Part shown: piece after piece, positions 1-12,400 of the stretch
Layout: the number at the start of each line of letters is the position of its first letter
Numbering within the stretch: the first letter of the stretch is position 1
Assembly: GCA_965205335.1 (NCBI GenBank)
Contig: OZ242164.1
Location: 256,001-320,000, forward strand
DNA length: 64,000 bases
Direction: 5' to 3'
Source of the DNA: Candidatus Woesearchaeota archaeon
Lineage (GTDB): Archaea; Nanobdellota; Nanobdellia; Woesearchaeales; UBA583
The notes under the pieces: model-generated
The model's database searches: none
Told to the model about the DNA's origin: nothing
The model's input: only the letters and a program-made list of their open reading frames with translations
Position numbers and translations under genes: made by a program

Positions 1-104
1 ACAACAATAATTAATCACTAAAACCAATTCTTCAAAAAATCCAAATCTAAATTATATTCAATATTCCAATGAGGAGGAAGAAATTTTTAACTAGAAATCA
101 AAAA

Positions 105-179
105 CGAGCCCAACGGGATTCGAACCCGCGACCTACGGATTAAGAGTCCGTCGCTCTAACCAGACTGAGCTATAGGCTC
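105..179 (-). tRNA. tRNA-Lys(CTT)
   Basis: Reverse complement GAGCCTATAGCTCAGTCTGGTTAGAGCG-ACGGA-CT-CTT-AA-TCCGT-AGGTCGCGGGTTCGAATCCCGTTGGGCTCG folds as a cloverleaf; no intron, no encoded CCA. Confidence 0.95.
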
Positions 180-267
180 ACATAAAATTAGAAAAGAACT
201 AATTCTAAACTTAACAATTAATAGAGATTAACAAAACTTTAAAAAGATTATCCATTAATCAATTATA

Positions 268-1218
268 ATGTCACTAGAATTACTATTACAAATAGTCCTT
301 CTAATAATAGGATTCTATGCAATATTAAAATCCGCAGATGTTTTTGTTGACAAAGCCGTCTCTATAGGAAACCAACTAAAACTCTCAAAACTAACAATTG
401 GGCTAACAATTGTTGCAATAGGAACATCCCTTCCCGAATTATTTACTACAATAGGAGCTGTCTTATTTATTCAGAACTACTCTGATTTCATCATTGGAAC
501 AGTAATGGGCTCAAATATTACAAACATACTATTAGTATTAGGAATATTTCTAATATACACCAAAACATTTACAATACAAAAATCCGAAAAATCCAATACT
601 ATAAGCCTAATCATACTAACACTTGCATTCTCACTATTCATATATCTTGGATTTTCAAACCAATTAACAATCCTTCTTCTCATATTCTATGGTATATACC
701 TAATATATATGGCAAAATACCATAAAGAAGAAATTTACAAGGAAGAAAAAGTAGAGACAAGTAACGACAAAAAAGAAGATATGAAAGAATCAATACCAAT
801 TCTAATTCTATGCATAATTGGGCTTTTCGTTGGTGCTAAAATAGTCACTTCATCAATTGAAGAAATAGGAACCCTACTAAGCATTCCTTCTGCATACTTA
901 ACACTAACAACTGTTGCTCTTGCTACATCGCTTCCTGAAATAGCAGTAACAATACTAACAGCAAAAAAGAAACAATTCCTAATAGGAATAGGGAATATAA
1001 TGGGCTCAAACATCGCAAACATTGCACTTGTATTTGGACTATTTGGATTCTTAGGATACTACACAATAGAAACCAGCTTATACATTGAATCTCTAAAATT
1101 CCTACTAATCTCAACACTAATCTTCTCTATTCTGCTCTTTAGAAAAAAATTCTACGGCTGGGCAGGATACATTTTTTTAGCACTATACACAATATACATA
1201 ATTATGTTTTTCATATAA
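268..1218 (+). CDS. Ca2+/Na+ (cation) antiporter, CaCA/YrbG family
   Basis: Two alpha-repeat motifs GTSLPE...GSNITN and ATSLPE...GSNIAN; about 10 hydrophobic segments. Confidence 0.9.
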   Translation: MSLELLLQIVLLIIGFYAILKSADVFVDKAVSIGNQLKLSKLTIGLTIVAIGTSLPELFTTIGAVLFIQNYSDFIIGTVMGSNITNILLVLGIFLIYTKTFTIQKSEKSNTISLIILTLAFSLFIYLGFSNQLTILLLIFYGIYLIYMAKYHKEEIYKEEKVETSNDKKEDMKESIPILILCIIGLFVGAKIVTSSIEEIGTLLSIPSAYLTLTTVALATSLPEIAVTILTAKKKQFLIGIGNIMGSNIANIALVFGLFGFLGYYTIETSLYIESLKFLLISTLIFSILLFRKKFYGWAGYIFLALYTIYIIMFFI

Positions 1219-1229
1219 AACTTTATATA
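1217..1229 (+). promoter_or_regulatory. BRE/TATA box of a probably leaderless transcript
   Basis: AAAACTTTATATA, with the TATA starting 30 nt before ATG 1252; the same spacing recurs at 39322 (ATG 39352) and 60542 (ATG 60573). Confidence 0.6.
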
Positions 1230-1251
1230 ATACAACCTCTTCCTAAAATAT

Positions 1252-1953
1252 ATGGTAAAAGTCAATGAAGCATTTGAAGTTAAATACAAACATTCAGAAG
1301 GACAATTTCAGATTCTTGTAGATTTTAACAAACTAAAAGAATTCAAAGAAAAACCAAATCAGATATCTGTATATGACGTATTAGCGGATACAAAAATATT
1401 TCGCGACCAGAAAAAAGGAGAATTAGCCTCTGATAACTTACTAAAACAAGTTTTTCCAGACAAATCAAACGAAGAAACCTTAAAAGAAATACTCCTAAAA
1501 GGAGAATGCCAAATTCCAACTGCATACATAAATGAACTGCGTGAAGAAAAGAAAAAACAAGCAATCAATTACATAAGTGAAAACGCTATAAACCCATCAA
1601 CAAAAACAAAATACACGCAAACAATGATTGAATCTCAGGTAAACAAAATAAAATACAATTTTAGCCCTGAGAGAGATTACATAACCCAAGCAAACGAAAT
1701 ATTAGCACACCTGAAAAAAACCATGCCAATTGCAATAACTAAAATAATCATTAAAATAAAAGTTTCAGGAATGCACTATGGAAATTTCTACGGACCATTT
1801 AGAAAATACGGAAACATAACAAAAGAATTCTTTGACGACAAAGGCAATATGCACATTCACATTGAAATCAACGAGAGCATAGCAGACGAAGTAATTAATT
1901 ACATAAAAAACAAATCAAACAATGAAGCAGAATACTTTGTTGAACAACTCTAA
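1252..1953 (+). CDS. sdo1: Ribosome maturation factor Sdo1/SBDS
   Basis: N-terminal FQILVD...IFRDQKKGE...ILLKGECQIP and AINPSTK motifs; 233 aa is typical of archaeal SBDS. Confidence 0.88.
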   Translation: MVKVNEAFEVKYKHSEGQFQILVDFNKLKEFKEKPNQISVYDVLADTKIFRDQKKGELASDNLLKQVFPDKSNEETLKEILLKGECQIPTAYINELREEKKKQAINYISENAINPSTKTKYTQTMIESQVNKIKYNFSPERDYITQANEILAHLKKTMPIAITKIIIKIKVSGMHYGNFYGPFRKYGNITKEFFDDKGNMHIHIEINESIADEVINYIKNKSNNEAEYFVEQL

Positions 1954-2032
1954 AATTATAATACTGTTTTTAGTTTAGAATCATAAGAAGTAAATTCATA
2001 TATTATTAAGGAAACATCTCCGATATAAGAAA

Positions 2033-2350
2033 TCACTTCTTAAGTTTCTTTAATTCTCTCTTAAAGATCCTCTCAAACTCCTTAAATTCCTTATCTCTAT
2101 CAAACATTCCAAAAATAAAAATTTCATTTCTATGAGGATAAAAAACTGCATAAATCAATCTGGAATACTGATTATCAATATCCATCTTAACCTCAAACAT
2201 ATGTTTATAACCACCAAGATTTTTATACCTTGTTGGATTTACTCTAACTAAATTAAGTTTATTTGAAATTCTCCTCTTTACATCTTTAGAGTAATCTCTT
2301 ACCTATTCTATAAAATACTTAGAAAGAATTAACTTAAATTGTGATACCAA
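2033..2350 (-). pseudogene. RelE/ParE-like type II toxin interrupted by an in-frame TAG
   Basis: Manual translation from TTG 2350: (M)VSQFKLILSKYFIE*VRDYSKDVKRRISNKLNLVRVNPTRYKNLGGYKHMFEVKMDIDNQYSRLIYAVFYPHRNEIFIFGMFDRDKEFKEFERIFKRELKKLKK*; TAG at 2303-2305; overlaps the end of the upstream small gene. Confidence 0.75.
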
Positions 2351-2543
2351 CTTTCTTCAAATCTTCTTCTGTTCCCCACATCCTTGCTTCTTGCATTTCA
2401 TTAATTAATCTCAAAACTTCTAAATCCTTCTTAGTAAGTTTTAAAGTTCCAAATTTAGTAATTTTCTCAAGATTCTCAACTCTTTTATTTAATTCTTTAA
2501 GTTGCTTGAAAACCTCACTTAGAGTAACTTGATTCTGTTCCAT
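2334..2543 (-). CDS. Probable antitoxin of the adjacent RelE-like toxin
   Basis: 69-aa coiled-coil/charged protein (ATG 2543) directly upstream of and overlapping the toxin frame. Confidence 0.65.
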   Translation of the reverse strand: MEQNQVTLSEVFKQLKELNKRVENLEKITKFGTLKLTKKDLEVLRLINEMQEARMWGTEEDLKKVGITI

Positions 2544-2583
2544 ATCTAATATAGGAAGTTCCAATTTAAAAAATTATCTCTTC

Positions 2584-3093
2584 TTATTTCCACTTAATAG
2601 AACATCCAATTGAAGGTTTAAAAGAATCATCAATCTTCTCATCACTTAATAGTCTGTTAATAATATCTTCTGTTGAATCATCTAACATTCCATGAAAAAC
2701 TAATTTGTGCTTAGCATCAAAAAGGAATGGATCTGGAGTACATACAGCACCATACTCTTTTGCAATTTCTTGCGTCTCATCAATCAAGTAAGGAAAATCT
2801 ATTTTATTCTTCTTGGCAAATCTCTTCATATTTTCAAAACCTTCGCCTTCATAATTTGGATCATTGCTATTTATTCCGACAACATTGATTTTCCCTTTAA
2901 ATTTCTCATGCAAATTAACCATTATGTCTATCTTTTCTATCACATAAGGACAATGGTTGCACATAAATATTACAAGTAATGGTTTATCTTTAAAGACAAG
3001 TAAAGAATAATTCTTATTACTTACATCCCGAAGTGAAAAATTGGGAGCACTACCGCCTATTTCAAGTTTCTGATTTGATTTTGTTAATACCAT
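2584..3093 (-). CDS. Thioredoxin-fold AhpC/TSA redoxin family protein
   Basis: APNFSL, FMCNHCPYV, AVCTPDPFLFD and C-terminal GCSIKWK motifs. Confidence 0.9.
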   Translation of the reverse strand: MVLTKSNQKLEIGGSAPNFSLRDVSNKNYSLLVFKDKPLLVIFMCNHCPYVIEKIDIMVNLHEKFKGKINVVGINSNDPNYEGEGFENMKRFAKKNKIDFPYLIDETQEIAKEYGAVCTPDPFLFDAKHKLVFHGMLDDSTEDIINRLLSDEKIDDSFKPSIGCSIKWK

Positions 3094-3230
3094 AAAAATA
3101 AGAAGTTATACTTATTTAAAAACCCTTAGTTTGATTATTAAGTTAAAAAGTAATACATATAAATATTTAGAATAATTACATTACATAGAAAAATGAAAGA
3201 AATAACAGAAGAAAAGAAAGAAAAATCTAA

Positions 3231-4358
3231 TCACCTAACATAAATTTCAATAATATCTTTATCTTCTACTATATGAGAAAGACCAACTCTCTGCCAGTCA
3301 AACTTAACACTCTTTCCCTTAACCTTAGCATACTTAAACCTGCCTAACATTTCCTTATGAATTTTCAGACATACCTTCTCAACAGTATCCCCATAACGTG
3401 CAACAAGAGGCTTTTGCATATCAGGTTCACTCTTTCGCTCCTTCAAATAAACCCATATGAAACCTAATTTCTCCCAAATAAAATTCTTGAACTCATCTAA
3501 ATTAATTCCTTTTTCAGCAGAAATCCCAAACACATCAAACTGAGGAAATCTCTTCCTAACCAGACTAACCTTCTTCCCTATCTCATCATCAGAAAACAAA
3601 TCAATCTTATTCAGACACACAACTGCTTTTCTATATTCCAAATTATCATAACAAGCATCAACAAAATCAGAAGGACTTAAATTCTTCTCATAAATAACAA
3701 CCTCTACATTTACTTGCTTCATATCACTTAAAACCTGCTTAATAAAATCATAAGGAATTAACTCACTTGAATTATTTAATGCAACACTAATTCCACCATA
3801 AGACATCCTCTTAATCTCAACATTTGGTCTCTGAGAATTAAAGCGAATCTTTGCCTTTTCACTCTCACAAAGAAGCATTTCAAGTTCCTCAATCGGACTT
3901 TTCGCATCAACAACTAAAACCACCAAATCACATGCTCTGACAACTGATAGAACCTTTTTCCCAAATCCCCTATTATCAGCCGCCTGATTAATAATTCCAG
4001 GAAGATCCAAAATCTGCAGATTTGTATGTTTAAAATGCAAAAGCCCCGGAACCACATCAAGTGTTGTAAACTCGTATGCCCCTATCTTTGATTCCTTATT
4101 TGTAATCTTTCCTAAAAGAGTTGATTTTCCAACAGAAGGTTTTCCCAAAAGTCCAACAGTTGCATCTCCTTCCTTTCTAACTGCAAAACCCTCACCCTTC
4201 CCACTTCCTTTTGAAAGTTTTGCTTCAAGTTCTTCCTTTAACTTAGAAATCTTAGACTTTAACAAACCAACTGCCATCTCGGTTCTCTTATTAACCTTAG
4301 TATTTCTCAACTCAGTCTCAAGTTCCTCAATCCTATCTTTAATATCCTCATGAACCAT
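3231..4358 (-). CDS. DRG/Rbg1-family OBG GTPase with TGS domain
   Basis: GKPSVGKST, YEFTT, DLPG and NKID motifs; C-terminal TGS domain. Confidence 0.93.
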   Translation of the reverse strand: MVHEDIKDRIEELETELRNTKVNKRTEMAVGLLKSKISKLKEELEAKLSKGSGKGEGFAVRKEGDATVGLLGKPSVGKSTLLGKITNKESKIGAYEFTTLDVVPGLLHFKHTNLQILDLPGIINQAADNRGFGKKVLSVVRACDLVVLVVDAKSPIEELEMLLCESEKAKIRFNSQRPNVEIKRMSYGGISVALNNSSELIPYDFIKQVLSDMKQVNVEVVIYEKNLSPSDFVDACYDNLEYRKAVVCLNKIDLFSDDEIGKKVSLVRKRFPQFDVFGISAEKGINLDEFKNFIWEKLGFIWVYLKERKSEPDMQKPLVARYGDTVEKVCLKIHKEMLGRFKYAKVKGKSVKFDWQRVGLSHIVEDKDIIEIYVR

Positions 4359-4444
4359 TCTATAAAATATCCCTCTAACCTAATTAGAAAAAGTATATTT
4401 TATTTTTAAATTATTCCCTAATAAATCCCTTGAAGTAAAAAAAA

Positions 4445-4970
4445 TCACTCTTCCACTCGTATAATCAAAGGAGTTTTATCAACAAACATATATGAGTCAT
4501 TCAAATTAACCACTGTTGTAAAACTGCACTCCTTCAAAACCTGTTTTGTATTTACAAGAATTGGCATACTTGCACTAAATCCACTCTGAACATTAACTTC
4601 AACATCTGGATAACCCACCCAAACCTTCCCACAACCTGCCTTCACCAAATATGGCTTCCCACGGGGGGCTAGGAAACTCAACTTCTATTTTAAATTTTTT
4701 ATTTTCCTCTCCTCTATTTGCTATAAATACCTCAAAAGTATCACTTCTTCCAAGTTTTGTTTTAATGCTCGGAGCACAGACCCAATCCTCCCCATCACAC
4801 TCAAGAGAACTGATGTGTGATTTAATTTTGTCCTGCAAACCTTCACTTGTATTTTCGGCCTCTTCCGAAATTTGAGCAAATAATGCAAGACCCATTGCAA
4901 AAATAACAAGTCCTATAATTGTCATAACAACCACATTTATAGGCAACTCCATTCCCTTCTTTGATTTCAT
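4445..4970 (-). pseudogene. Class III signal peptide (archaeal pilin-like) protein, frameshifted at a C6 run
   Basis: MKSKKG|MELPINVVVMTIIGL prepilin-type N-terminus; ORFs 4599-4970 and 4445-4681 join into one protein if one base is removed from the G6/C6 run at 4663-4668. Confidence 0.65.
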
Positions 4971-5098
4971 AATTAACTTTCAAAAAATCATATTTATAAA
5001 ACTATTGCTTTACTTATGCGAAAACCCAATTCTAACCTTCAAACAATCATAAAACCAAAACCTTTAAAACAAAACAAAAAACAACTAAAATAAAGAAA

Positions 5099-5263
5099 AT
5101 GAAACAAGAAATACTCTTCAACAAAAAAACAAACAACTACACCCTAAAAAAAGAAATAGATGGAGAAAAATCCCAAAAAAGAATTCCTATGAAATACAAA
5201 GAAAAAGACAAAACATCCAAATACCGAAAAGAAGAACTAAAAAAAGAACTCCTAATATCTTAA
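5099..5263 (+). CDS. nop10: Nop10-like H/ACA RNP protein (54 aa, below the ORF-track cutoff)
   Basis: MKQEILFNKKTNNYTLKKEIDGEKSQKRIPMKYKEKDKTSKYRKEELKKELLIS keeps the Nop10 YTLK and PxKY/FxxxDxxxxYR pattern but has no Zn-ribbon cysteines. Confidence 0.7.
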   Translation: MKQEILFNKKTNNYTLKKEIDGEKSQKRIPMKYKEKDKTSKYRKEELKKELLIS

Positions 5264-5278
5264 ACACCAAAAGAACAA

Positions 5279-6379
5279 CTAATTCAAATACTTTCTTTTC
5301 TTCATTAAATGAATCAAATCCTTTGACTTAGCATCAGTTTTAATACCTAATCTATTATTTGAAACCCTGCTAACCTCAAACCCCTTACCTTTCAACTCAT
5401 CTATCAACTCATCAAACTTAATCCTCGTTGAAAAACCAAACTCCTTCTCAAGCTTATGCGTATTATAATAACCAAAAACATCAACCTCACTAACCAATTT
5501 CTCAAGCAAAACCAAAACTTCCTTACTCTCCTTAATAAGATGAGAACTATCAATCATTTTCCCAAGCAACCTCTTATCATTTAACTTCCCAGCATAAATC
5601 TTTCCAAAATACCCATCTAACTCAAACTTGCTAAAATCAAACTCTTGAGTCTTCCTGTCCCAAAAATAATACATATGATTCCTAACAATAACATACGACA
5701 AAGAACGAGACTCGCGAACTAAAAAAAATACTTTATAAAAATGCTTGGAAGAAAAACTAACAACAGGAATCAAAGCCTTATCAAACTTAGCACCCTCTCT
5801 CTGACAGAACGCAATTAAATTGCGAAGTCCTATCTCCTCATGACACAAAGTCTTAACAACACTAATTCCATACCGCCTCAAAGTTTTCTTTGGATAAGTC
5901 CCGCACAAAGCCGCAGTATCAGTTGCAGTAACCGAAAAGATTCCCTTGTGCTTTACCCTTTGAATTGCAACATCCAAAAAAGGAACTGGAGTTCCAAAAG
6001 GATCAATCTCAACAAAATCAAAATACTCAGAAGCAATCGTATTAACAGCACTATCACATCTAATATCCACCTTATCAAAAGAAACATCATTTCGCTTAAA
6101 ATTCATCTTAATATTTTTAACTGCAACCTTAGAAATATCCCCCACAACAATCTTTGAAAAACATTCCCCAATACTTTTCAAAAAACGAATCTCGCGAATA
6201 CCTGACGCCGCCATAGGATCACAGAACTTAATACACTTATCAAAATAAGACTTAATCAAAAGAAGTGAAACATCACGATTAACCTTCATATTAGAATTAT
6301 AAAAAACATCAAGCTTCTTTGAAATATCCTCTCCATAAGACTTAATTACTACTCCCTCCTCTATAACTGACTTAGACAT
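5279..6379 (-). CDS. trm1: tRNA (guanine26-N2)-dimethyltransferase Trm1
   Basis: VFYNSNM..NRD, AASGIR, IDPFGTP and VTATDTAALCG motifs. Confidence 0.93.
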   Translation of the reverse strand: MSKSVIEEGVVIKSYGEDISKKLDVFYNSNMKVNRDVSLLLIKSYFDKCIKFCDPMAASGIREIRFLKSIGECFSKIVVGDISKVAVKNIKMNFKRNDVSFDKVDIRCDSAVNTIASEYFDFVEIDPFGTPVPFLDVAIQRVKHKGIFSVTATDTAALCGTYPKKTLRRYGISVVKTLCHEEIGLRNLIAFCQREGAKFDKALIPVVSFSSKHFYKVFFLVRESRSLSYVIVRNHMYYFWDRKTQEFDFSKFELDGYFGKIYAGKLNDKRLLGKMIDSSHLIKESKEVLVLLEKLVSEVDVFGYYNTHKLEKEFGFSTRIKFDELIDELKGKGFEVSRVSNNRLGIKTDAKSKDLIHLMKKRKYLN

Positions 6380-6489
6380 AAAAAAAATACTTTCATACTA
6401 TTTATAAAACTTAATCCTAAACTATTCAAAAATCCAATTCTAACATTTTGAAACATTTAGCAAACAGATTACAAAAATTACAAAAAATC

Positions 6490-9400
6490 TTATGACAAAC
6501 CATCAACACTACTTAAATTAATACTCAAAGGATTAGGATTATCTACATACCTAACTTCATATTTCTTCACTGCATCCTTATTATCATAACTACACCTAAT
6601 ACTTAAATCATGTTCACTCTCAAAAACAATATTATTTTGCGATGTAATCAAATATCTCTGCGTGGAACTTAAATCCTCCCATCCCAAAAAGAAGATTCTT
6701 CTGAAAAATGAAATAATAATATCAATAAAACTTTTACTATCATCAAGCTTATATTCACAACTAACATTCTTCCTATTTAGGCTAAGTTCTAAAAGTGCAC
6801 TACTATCTGCAACATAATTTATACCATCTTCCTGTAGAATTTGTTCTCCACTACCTCCAATTAACTTTGCCCAATTAATAACCAAAGGTTCATCCTTTGC
6901 AACCACAAAAGAATACTCTTTCAAAGGTCCATCAATGCCAAAAGCATTATTACACAAGAGTTTCATCGTATAATCCCCATCACTAAAAGAACTGAAATTA
7001 AAACTCTGCATAAACTTAAAATTAATAGCAAAATCCTGTAGGTTCAAAGACTCATTAAATTTAGTACTTGGAGCAGAACCATCAAATGAATACATACATC
7101 TAATTGGTCTAAAAGGACCAACACTTGTTATTGTTATATCACTTAAATAAGGATACTCATTAATCCTGAATCCATTTGAGGACTCTAAAACATAATCAGG
7201 AATAGAGAACTTATCAACCCACCTCAAATCTATCGTCTGATTAACCCATATCCCCTCATTTTGACAACTTAGTTTAACTTTAACAGACCTACCATTTTCA
7301 TCTTCTAATACATTATCAAAACTAAAACTTGGAACTGATGATAAATCAATGGAATACCTATCTGCCTCATTTGAATCTTTAACTGCATCAAAATATTTAG
7401 TATCATTTCTTACCAATCTTCCCCATTTTTGATCAATTAAAGGATAAACTCTACATTTTAAATCCTCCGTTGAAATCCTAAAAGATATAATTGGGGCACT
7501 CAGATTTGTAATCAAATGAAGAGGACTTAAAACATATGACTGACCTGGTGTACTCACCATATCATAATTTATCATAGGATTTGTAGTAACAGTTATACTA
7601 TCAGAACCGACATTCCCTACATAATCATATAAATCAACTCTAAAAGTATATGTCTGATTAAACTCTCCTGCTTTAAACACTAAATCACGATTGGAATAAT
7701 TCATATCTCCCAAATAAAAACCCCCTGAATATCTACTACTTACGATAAGAAGTGAATCATTAATAAACACAAAACCTTCTTTATTTTCTTCATAAATCAA
7801 AGCATTATCCAAATACAACTTAATAACCTTTAACTTACCTGAAGGAGGAGAATCACTACCATTTAAGTTTATTCTAAATTTAGACGTAAACACTTCTCCT
7901 CCTTCTCCATCTGGAATACTTATGCTAACATTAGGATTAATAGTATCAATTCTTAACTCATTACGTATTCCATCAGAAGGACTTACTGCATTATAACGAT
8001 AACCATCAAAACGGATATCATAAATTCCATCAGAATAACCACTAACATCCAAATCTTTTCCATATGTATAAACTCCACCCTCAAGACCTTGTTGAGGTAA
8101 ATTATCAACCAAAATCTCATCATCTGAATTAGCAACATCTACTATATCTTCCTCAGTAACCACTTTCACATTAGAAAAAGGAAACACAGAATAAGCTGAC
8201 AAATGAGCAATACCACTTGAATAGTTAACATTAGAATCTATAAATCCACCTGAATAATAACCAACAGAAAAAGCATAACTTTGTTGTGAACTTTCTAAAC
8301 CAGCAGAATCTTCACAATGAGCAGTAATTATGAAATTAGTCATAACATCCTCATCTAGACTTGCACTCAACAAACTGTCAAAGTTCTCCTTTCTTGCACA
8401 TATGCCATCCTCTGCTGAATTTTCTGCCCTTCCTATCAATAAAACCAAAGGACTAGAATTCAAATTAGGTGAATATAATATAACATTAGTTGATTCACCA
8501 CAAGTATAATAATTACTGCCATCACTATCTGGGGCTATTTTCAAAGTACAGTTATAGGCTTCCTCATTTTCAGAATTACTTAAATTAAACCTGACACTAT
8601 CATTAAGATCACCAAAAGGAAAATTATCTATTTCATGTTCAAATGCCTTAATAGGACCACCAACCAACTCTATTCCATTTAGATCCGGTGGAACATTATC
8701 ATAAACAATTACATAAGATTTAGAAAAACTAACATTATAAATATCAACACACTCCAAACTTAAATTAAAATGTCCATCTGTAGATAAATTTATACCTGAA
8801 TGAAAATCCTTCACTCCAAACTTCATAGATGAATCAACTGAACTAAAATTCTTTGTATCATAAATAATCGGATCAGTCTCCCTTATTTGTCTAAGACTTA
8901 CATCACAACTAAAATTCCTATATGATAGATAATTCAACGTAACACTTATATTAGGCTGTTCTTTTACAGTATAAACCTTATTAGAGTCGCTAATTAAACT
9001 TTTTCCTACTTCCCCTCCTATCTCTAAATTAGGTGTTGAATTATCCTGATAAATCTTAAACCCTCCAGAACCAACATTTCCTGCCTTATCTCTGAACTCA
9101 ACAGTATAATTAAAAAGATTCAAACCATTATCTTCTCCAGATAATGGCAATGGAGTATACTCACTTGGAACATACGAAAAATAAATCCACCCTATAGTAG
9201 AATTATCTGAAAAATTAATAGATTCATTATATCCAATAATGGAGTGAGCAAGTTGCAAACTTTCATTTCCGAATGTAACATTTAGAGATTTATCTATCCA
9301 CGTCACAGTTCCATTCAAACTTAAATTAATATTAAACCCATGATTCTTCCTTAATCTTGTATAAAACCTTCCATCCTCTTGGGAATAATAAACAAATTTC

Positions 9401-12400
9401 TCAGAACCAGTACTCACATCAACTAATTCAAAATCAACTAACTCAGGAGGAACGGTATCATAATAATAAGTTAAATTCTGTATTATCTCATTATCATTTT
9501 GATCAATACATTTAACATAACCTTCATGTCTGCCATCATTATTAAAACCCATCTTTCCTGTTATATTCTTATGAAAATCACCTCTCAGTCCGGAAGGAGT
9601 GAAACTATTCTCAATGTGACTAACATTAAGTCTTTGTGTCGCATTAGTACTTAAATTATCAAATTCAAGAGAACAATTGAATCCCTCAGGAGAGATGTCA
9701 CTCGATACACCATGAAAGAATTTTGTCTCATTTAGATATCCAAATTTCTCACTAATAGTCTTAAAATCTAAAGGCTCAATTAAAACAAAATTTGTATGAA
9801 AATCAGCTATAATTGTATAAGATACTTCACCTTTCTGACCAAAGATATCAATGCACGAAATAGTTATATCATATACCTCACTCCCCTCAGGAGTTGAATT
9901 TATAATAGTGTCATTAAAATAAAATTGATTATCAGAATCTGGAATAGTATATCCACTTGAATTTGGAACATAATTATTATTTAACTCACTCTTATCAGAT
10001 TTACTTATAGAATAAGAACAATTCTCAACACCATTATCACCAGTCACATTAAACTTAAAATCATTTGAAGAACTTGTCATTAAAATTGTATCATGCTTCG
10101 TTAGACTTGGCTCCACTAACGTTATATTAGGTCCATACAAATCCATATTCAGTCCAGAAAAATCCCAAGACTTGCCTATGTTCCCACTCTGATCTAAAAT
10201 TCTTATAGAAATGTTATACATTGCATTAGGTACTTGCCCAAAAATTTCACTAACTGGCAGTAAAGCACTATTGCTCCCTCTTTGATTTAATTTTAGATTA
10301 TGAGTAAACTGATCGCTATAAGTAATGCTACTAATATTAACATCCAAATAAATTTGATTATGAGAAGAAACATTCAGGTAAGGTTCACACGAAGGAGGAA
10401 TAAAATCACTATATTCCAAATAAATCTTTACATCTCCAACCATATTACCATAATCTCCTTTTGTTATTGTTACATCCTCTCCTGATAAATTCTTTGCAGT
10501 GAAATAAACATATGAATTAGGAGGAATAGTATCACATGAAAATGCAAAATCTGATAGATTATCATCATTGCTCTGCCAATTATAATCTGCTTCCCAATCA
10601 CTTAATGATGCTCCTCTATAACTTGAAGGTTTAGCTTTTATAACATCAGGGATATCATCATTATTTGAATCCTTGAAACAACCATAATCATTATGCCATT
10701 TACACAACTTTGAAGTCATATTATGATAAACACTATAATGAGAATTAACATAATTATTAGGATCCTCGCAAGAAGTCTCATTTAAATACATTTCACAAAA
10801 AAGCTCTGAATTAGAGACAGACTGTGACTGCCAAGGACGATCTCCTCTCATATGAACATTATCATACTTTCCAAAATATTCAGAAAGAGAAGAATTATAA
10901 GGCTCACTTGGATTTGAAACCATATAAGTACAATCACCAAGAAGATCAGACTTACTTTTTGTGCACAGATTTAAATTGTTAGCCGAATAACAAAGATGAC
11001 AAAAAGAAGCCTCTTTGGGATATATTTGAACTGGCTTAAAAACTTCAGAATAAGAATTAGGATTACCTGAACTACTATGTAAAACCTCAAAAGACACAGA
11101 ATCAATTTCAATATCTCCTCCACTTTCTAACTTAAACTCAATCCTTGATATATTCCTACCAACAGGAACATCACCAAAATCTATTTTTTGAAAAAAAGCA
11201 TAAGAAGCTAACTCCTTCTTATCACGTTTAGATTCAACCTCCTTTCCAGTATTATCAAATTGAGTCACATTAAGGGTCAAATTAAAAGGACCGCTCTCTG
11301 TGCGAGCATATAAATAAGGATCATAAGTTTTACCATTTCCAGGGAAATAAAACGTATGAGAAAGAGAATTTTCTTCTGATAAATAATACACATAAGAACC
11401 ATGATAAGCATCTGAAATCTCTTTAAGACTATTTCCATTATTATATTCCCAACCAAAAGGATCACCACTATTCATATCATACTCAAAACTTGGATTTTTT
11501 ATTAAATTCAACCTATCTGGATAATACTTTTTATTCATACGAATTATTAATTCTGGATTCAATTTTTCCTTCACAACACAAATTCCAGAAATATCACTAA
11601 AATAACCTTCAGAAAAATTACTTGACTCAACCCATTCACAATTAAGTTTTATATCCCTCCTATGTTCCCCGTATCCTCTATCATTATTACAATTCTCTTT
11701 TGTTTTATAATCATCACATGAATCTATCAATAATTTTGGAATGCAGGAATTCTCAGCAGGAGCAAGACCTAAATCTCTCATATTATCTGGAGAACCATAA
11801 TTATCTTTAAAAAACCCCCCTAAATAAGGATTATAAATACAAAACTGCTTTCCAGTCTCACAACTTGAATTTGTCGCAAAAATACTAATAATAAAATTTT
11901 CCGAAGGAGTACATAACTCCTTAAGTATATCAATTTGTGCCGAACTTGGTTCATTTCCTGACTGATTTAGATCAGGATCATCATTACTATCAAAAGTATT
12001 TCTTGTATTAATACCTCCTTGATCCACTCCACCACCAATACTACTACCTTCTGTCGATTGGGAATCATCACAACTCGAATTATAATTTGGTAATGTTACA
12101 CAATACTCACTTAAATTTACATCTTCAGGAAAAAATCTATTACCAATTACAAATATATACTTTCCACCATCAACCGTTTTGGAGCATTTTTCAGTTCCAC
12201 CACTATCAACATACTCGCAAACACGTCTATTATCATCCCTATTATACTCATAACAAAGATCACTAGTGGTTTGATCATCATATGGACCAACTTCTTCACC
12301 TCCTTCACTACAGGGAACTATCATACTTTTCTCATTATAACAGCACTGATCATGATTTGAAGAATAAACAAAACTTAATGAGAATAACATAACTAAAAAC

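Noticed and set aside
2303-2305. Stop-codon reassignment (TAG or TGA read as sense)
   Set aside because: Conserved genes end properly at TAG (trm1, map, cdc48) and TGA (DRG GTPase, mutL), and long genes have no internal stops
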